DNA of 64,000 nt. Source: Zancudomyces culisetae HAW-14-8. Taxonomy: Eukaryota > Fungi > Kickxellomycota. Location of the stretch: positions 1,054,001 to 1,118,000 of the forward strand of contig JBNJNM010000006.1 of NCBI GenBank assembly GCA_052426225.1, written 5' to 3'. Shown here piece after piece: positions 61,535 through 64,000 of this stretch (its first letter is position 1; each line of letters opens with the position of its first letter). Position numbers and translations under genes: made by a program. Under the pieces are notes generated by a model. The model did no database searches. It was given only the letters and a program-made list of their open reading frames with translations, and was not told where the DNA came from.

Positions 61535-64000
61535 ATGATAAATAGTTTCAGATTACAAAACGTGAGAAAAACACACGCTATTGGTGTAGCAATTGGTAGG
61601 AGTGGCAGCATCAGAAACATCTCCACACATAAAATCCACCAAAACGCCCTCGTTTTCGGAAAAGACAGGTTGCAACCAAACAGGGTTTACCAAAGGCATA
61701 TAAAAGGTCTTAGCACTACCCGTCTCGGAAATCAAAAGAGTTCTTTAAGACCAGAAGAATTTGAACACAACAGCTTTAACCGCAGTAGTGTTAACAGCAA
61801 TAGTACAGGTTTTTTGAAAATGGCTAGCAATAACATGGAAGAAATAGTAGAGTATACTAAAATGACAGCCAAGGATGCAGCCATCCCATATGAGAAGCTG
61901 CCAGAGGGTCAGCTTGCCTCCTTGTTCGATGGAAAGGCGACAGCAGAAGCTATCCGAAGTGAGCTGAAACAAAAAATAGAAGCAGTCAGAGCAAAACATC
62001 CCAGTTTCAGCCCAGGACTAGCAGTAGTCCAAGTAGGAACAAGAAAGGACTCTACTCAATACGTCAAAATGAAGAGACTTGCCTGTGAACAAGTCGGAAT
62101 AAACTTTCAGAAGTTTGAGTTTGATGAAAGCGTAAGCGAGCAGGAGGTTGAGCAGCTTGTACACAAGCTGAATGCGGACGATTCAATTTCGGGAATTATT
62201 GTGCAGCTACCTCTGCCAAAGCATATGAGAGAAGAGAACATTGTAAACGCTGTATGTGTAGAAAAGGATGTAGATGGATTCCACGTAGATAACATTGGAA
62301 ATCTGTTCAAGAAAAAGGGAAAAACTCTATTCACATCATGCACACCAAAGGGCTGTATGGAGTTACTCAAGCGGTATGGAATTGAGATTAAAGGAAAGCG
62401 CGCAGTCGTTGTAGGCCGCAGTGACATCGTAGGAACACCAGTATCCGGACTGTTAACTAAGGCAAACGCAACTGTAACCATTGCACACAGCCACACAAAG
62501 AACATTGCAGAGGTCGTTGGACAAGCAGATATTGTAGTAGCCGCATTGGGAGTACCAGAATTTGTTAAGGGTAGCTGGATCAAGGAAGGCGCAGTAGTTG
62601 TAGATGTGGGTATAAATGCAGTTGATGACAGCACCAAGAAGAGCGGATACCGTATGGTTGGTGATGTTGAGTATGGAGAAGCAAGAAAGAGAGCCAGCTA
62701 CATCACACCAGTTCCAGGTGGCGTTGGGCCCATGACTGTCGCAATGCTCCTTCAAAACACCGTAGAGGGTGCAATTAGACAATTCAACGAGCGTACCAAA
62801 ATCAGATTCCGACCAACTAAACTCAACCTTGAGGTTCCAGTACCATCAGACTCGCAGATAGCCGGCAAAGTTAAACCAAAGCTAATCACAGATGTTGCTC
62901 ATGAGCTCAAAATCCAGACAGATGAACTTGAACAATACGGGAAATACAAGGCCAAGGTCTCTTTAGATATACTAAATAGAATCGGTGGACACACCAACGG
63001 AAGATATGTGGTTGTCGCTGGAATGACACCCACACCGCTGGGTGAAGGAAAGTCAACAACATCAATTGGTCTAGCCCAAGGACTGGGTGCTCACCTAAAC
63101 AAAACAGCAATTGCCTGCGTACGACAACCCAGCCAGGGCCCAACCTTTGGAATCAAGGGTGGTGCAGCCGGTGGTGGCTATTCTCAAGTAATTCCTATGG
63201 ATGAATTCAATCTGCATCTCACTGGTGATATCCACGCAGTTTCGGCCGCAAACAATCTTTTGGCAGCAGCAATTGACGCCAGGATGTTCCACGAAGCTTC
63301 ACAGAGCGACAATGCGTTGTTTAATCGATTGTGTCCAGTAGTTAAGGGCAAACGTGAATTCTCCAAATCAATGTTTAGCAGATTAGAGCGCCTAGGGATA
63401 AACAAGACACAGCCAGAAGATCTTACTGAAGACGAAATAGGTCGCTTTGCTCGCCTAGACATCGATCCATCAACCATTACATGGAACCGCGTTGTAGATA
63501 TCAACGATCGGTTCCTGCGCCAGGTCAACATCAGCCAAACACTCACCAACAAAACCGTAATGAGCCGCGATACCCAGTTTGATATCTCTGTTGGTTCAGA
63601 AATTATGGCCGTCTTGGCACTTGCCTCAGACCTCAGTGACCTCAAGGCTCGATTGGGTAGAATGATAGTTGCATTTTCCAAGAGCGGTGCTCCAGTTTAC
63701 GCCGATGACTTGGGTATCACTGGCGCACTGACTGTACTGATGAAGGATGCCATCAAACCAACAATTATGCAAACACTGGAAGGAACCCCTGTGTTCATCC
63801 ACGCCGGTCCATTCGCTAACATTGCCCACGGAAACTCCTCTGTAATTGCCGACCGCATTGCACTTAAGCTAGCAGGAACAGCACCTGGAGAGCCAAACAC
63901 AGCACCAAATGTTGGATATGTGATCACAGAAGCTGGATTTGGAAGTGACATTGGCTTTGAGAAGTTTATGAACATCAAGTGTCGTCAATCCGGTCTCTAT
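61535..64000 (+). CDS. ADE3: C1-tetrahydrofolate synthase (trifunctional, ADE3/MIS1 type) with N-terminal extension; truncated by the window end
   Basis: Open frame from ATG 61535 (in-frame ATGs at 61820, 61835, 61862). [109 protein letters not shown]. Confidence 0.97.
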   Translation, partial: MINSFRLQNVRKTHAIGVAIGRSGSIRNISTHKIHQNALVFGKDRLQPNRVYQRHIKGLSTTRLGNQKSSLRPEEFEHNSFNRSSVNSNSTGFLKMASNNMEEIVEYTKMTAKDAAIPYEKLPEGQLASLFDGKATAEAIRSELKQKIEAVRAKHPSFSPGLAVVQVGTRKDSTQYVKMKRLACEQVGINFQKFEFDESVSEQEVEQLVHKLNADDSISGIIVQLPLPKHMREENIVNAVCVEKDVDGFHVDNIGNLFKKKGKTLFTSCTPKGCMELLKRYGIEIKGKRAVVVGRSDIVGTPVSGLLTKANATVTIAHSHTKNIAEVVGQADIVVAALGVPEFVKGSWIKEGAVVVDVGINAVDDSTKKSGYRMVGDVEYGEARKRASYITPVPGGVGPMTVAMLLQNTVEGAIRQFNERTKIRFRPTKLNLEVPVPSDSQIAGKVKPKLITDVAHELKIQTDELEQYGKYKAKVSLDILNRIGGHTNGRYVVVAGMTPTPLGEGKSTTSIGLAQGLGAHLNKTAIACVRQPSQGPTFGIKGGAAGGGYSQVIPMDEFNLHLTGDIHAVSAANNLLAAAIDARMFHEASQSDNALFNRLCPVVKGKREFSKSMFSRLERLGINKTQPEDLTEDEIGRFARLDIDPSTITWNRVVDINDRFLRQVNISQTLTNKTVMSRDTQFDISVGSEIMAVLALASDLSDLKARLGRMIVAFSKSGAPVYADDLGITGALTVLMKDAIKPTIMQTLEGTPVFIHAGPFANIAHGNSSVIADRIALKLAGTAPGEPNTAPNVGYVITEAGFGSDIGFEKFMNIKCRQSGLY

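Overview
AT-rich eukaryotic (fungal) genomic DNA with short GT-AG introns. The gene content suggests an early-diverging fungus, possibly Kickxellomycotina/Harpellales; this is inference and was not checked. Left part (1-27.9 kb): an accessory island of lineage-specific secreted and surface genes (CBM19-like protein, cationic beta/gamma-crystallin-like protein with an acidic repeat pro-region, mirror-symmetric His/Arg/Gly-[GAV]n protein, an Ala/Gly/Asn-rich secreted protein, a 7TM receptor). It lies inside a direct tandem repeat with a 19,100-bp period: 1-8218 appears identical to 19101-27318, and identity breaks down inside the crystallin-like gene. Right part (28.6-64 kb): housekeeping genes (PMM/SEC53, striatin-like WD40, GPI-anchored dead trypsin, HRI-like eIF2alpha kinase, GPI protein, cytochrome b5-domain protein, two tandem RNase T2 genes of which one is intronless, complex I 51-kDa subunit, DRE2, C1-THF synthase running off the end). 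An inverted 3' fragment of C1-THF synthase sits at about 9 kb. No rRNA, tRNA, CRISPR or intact mobile element was recognised.
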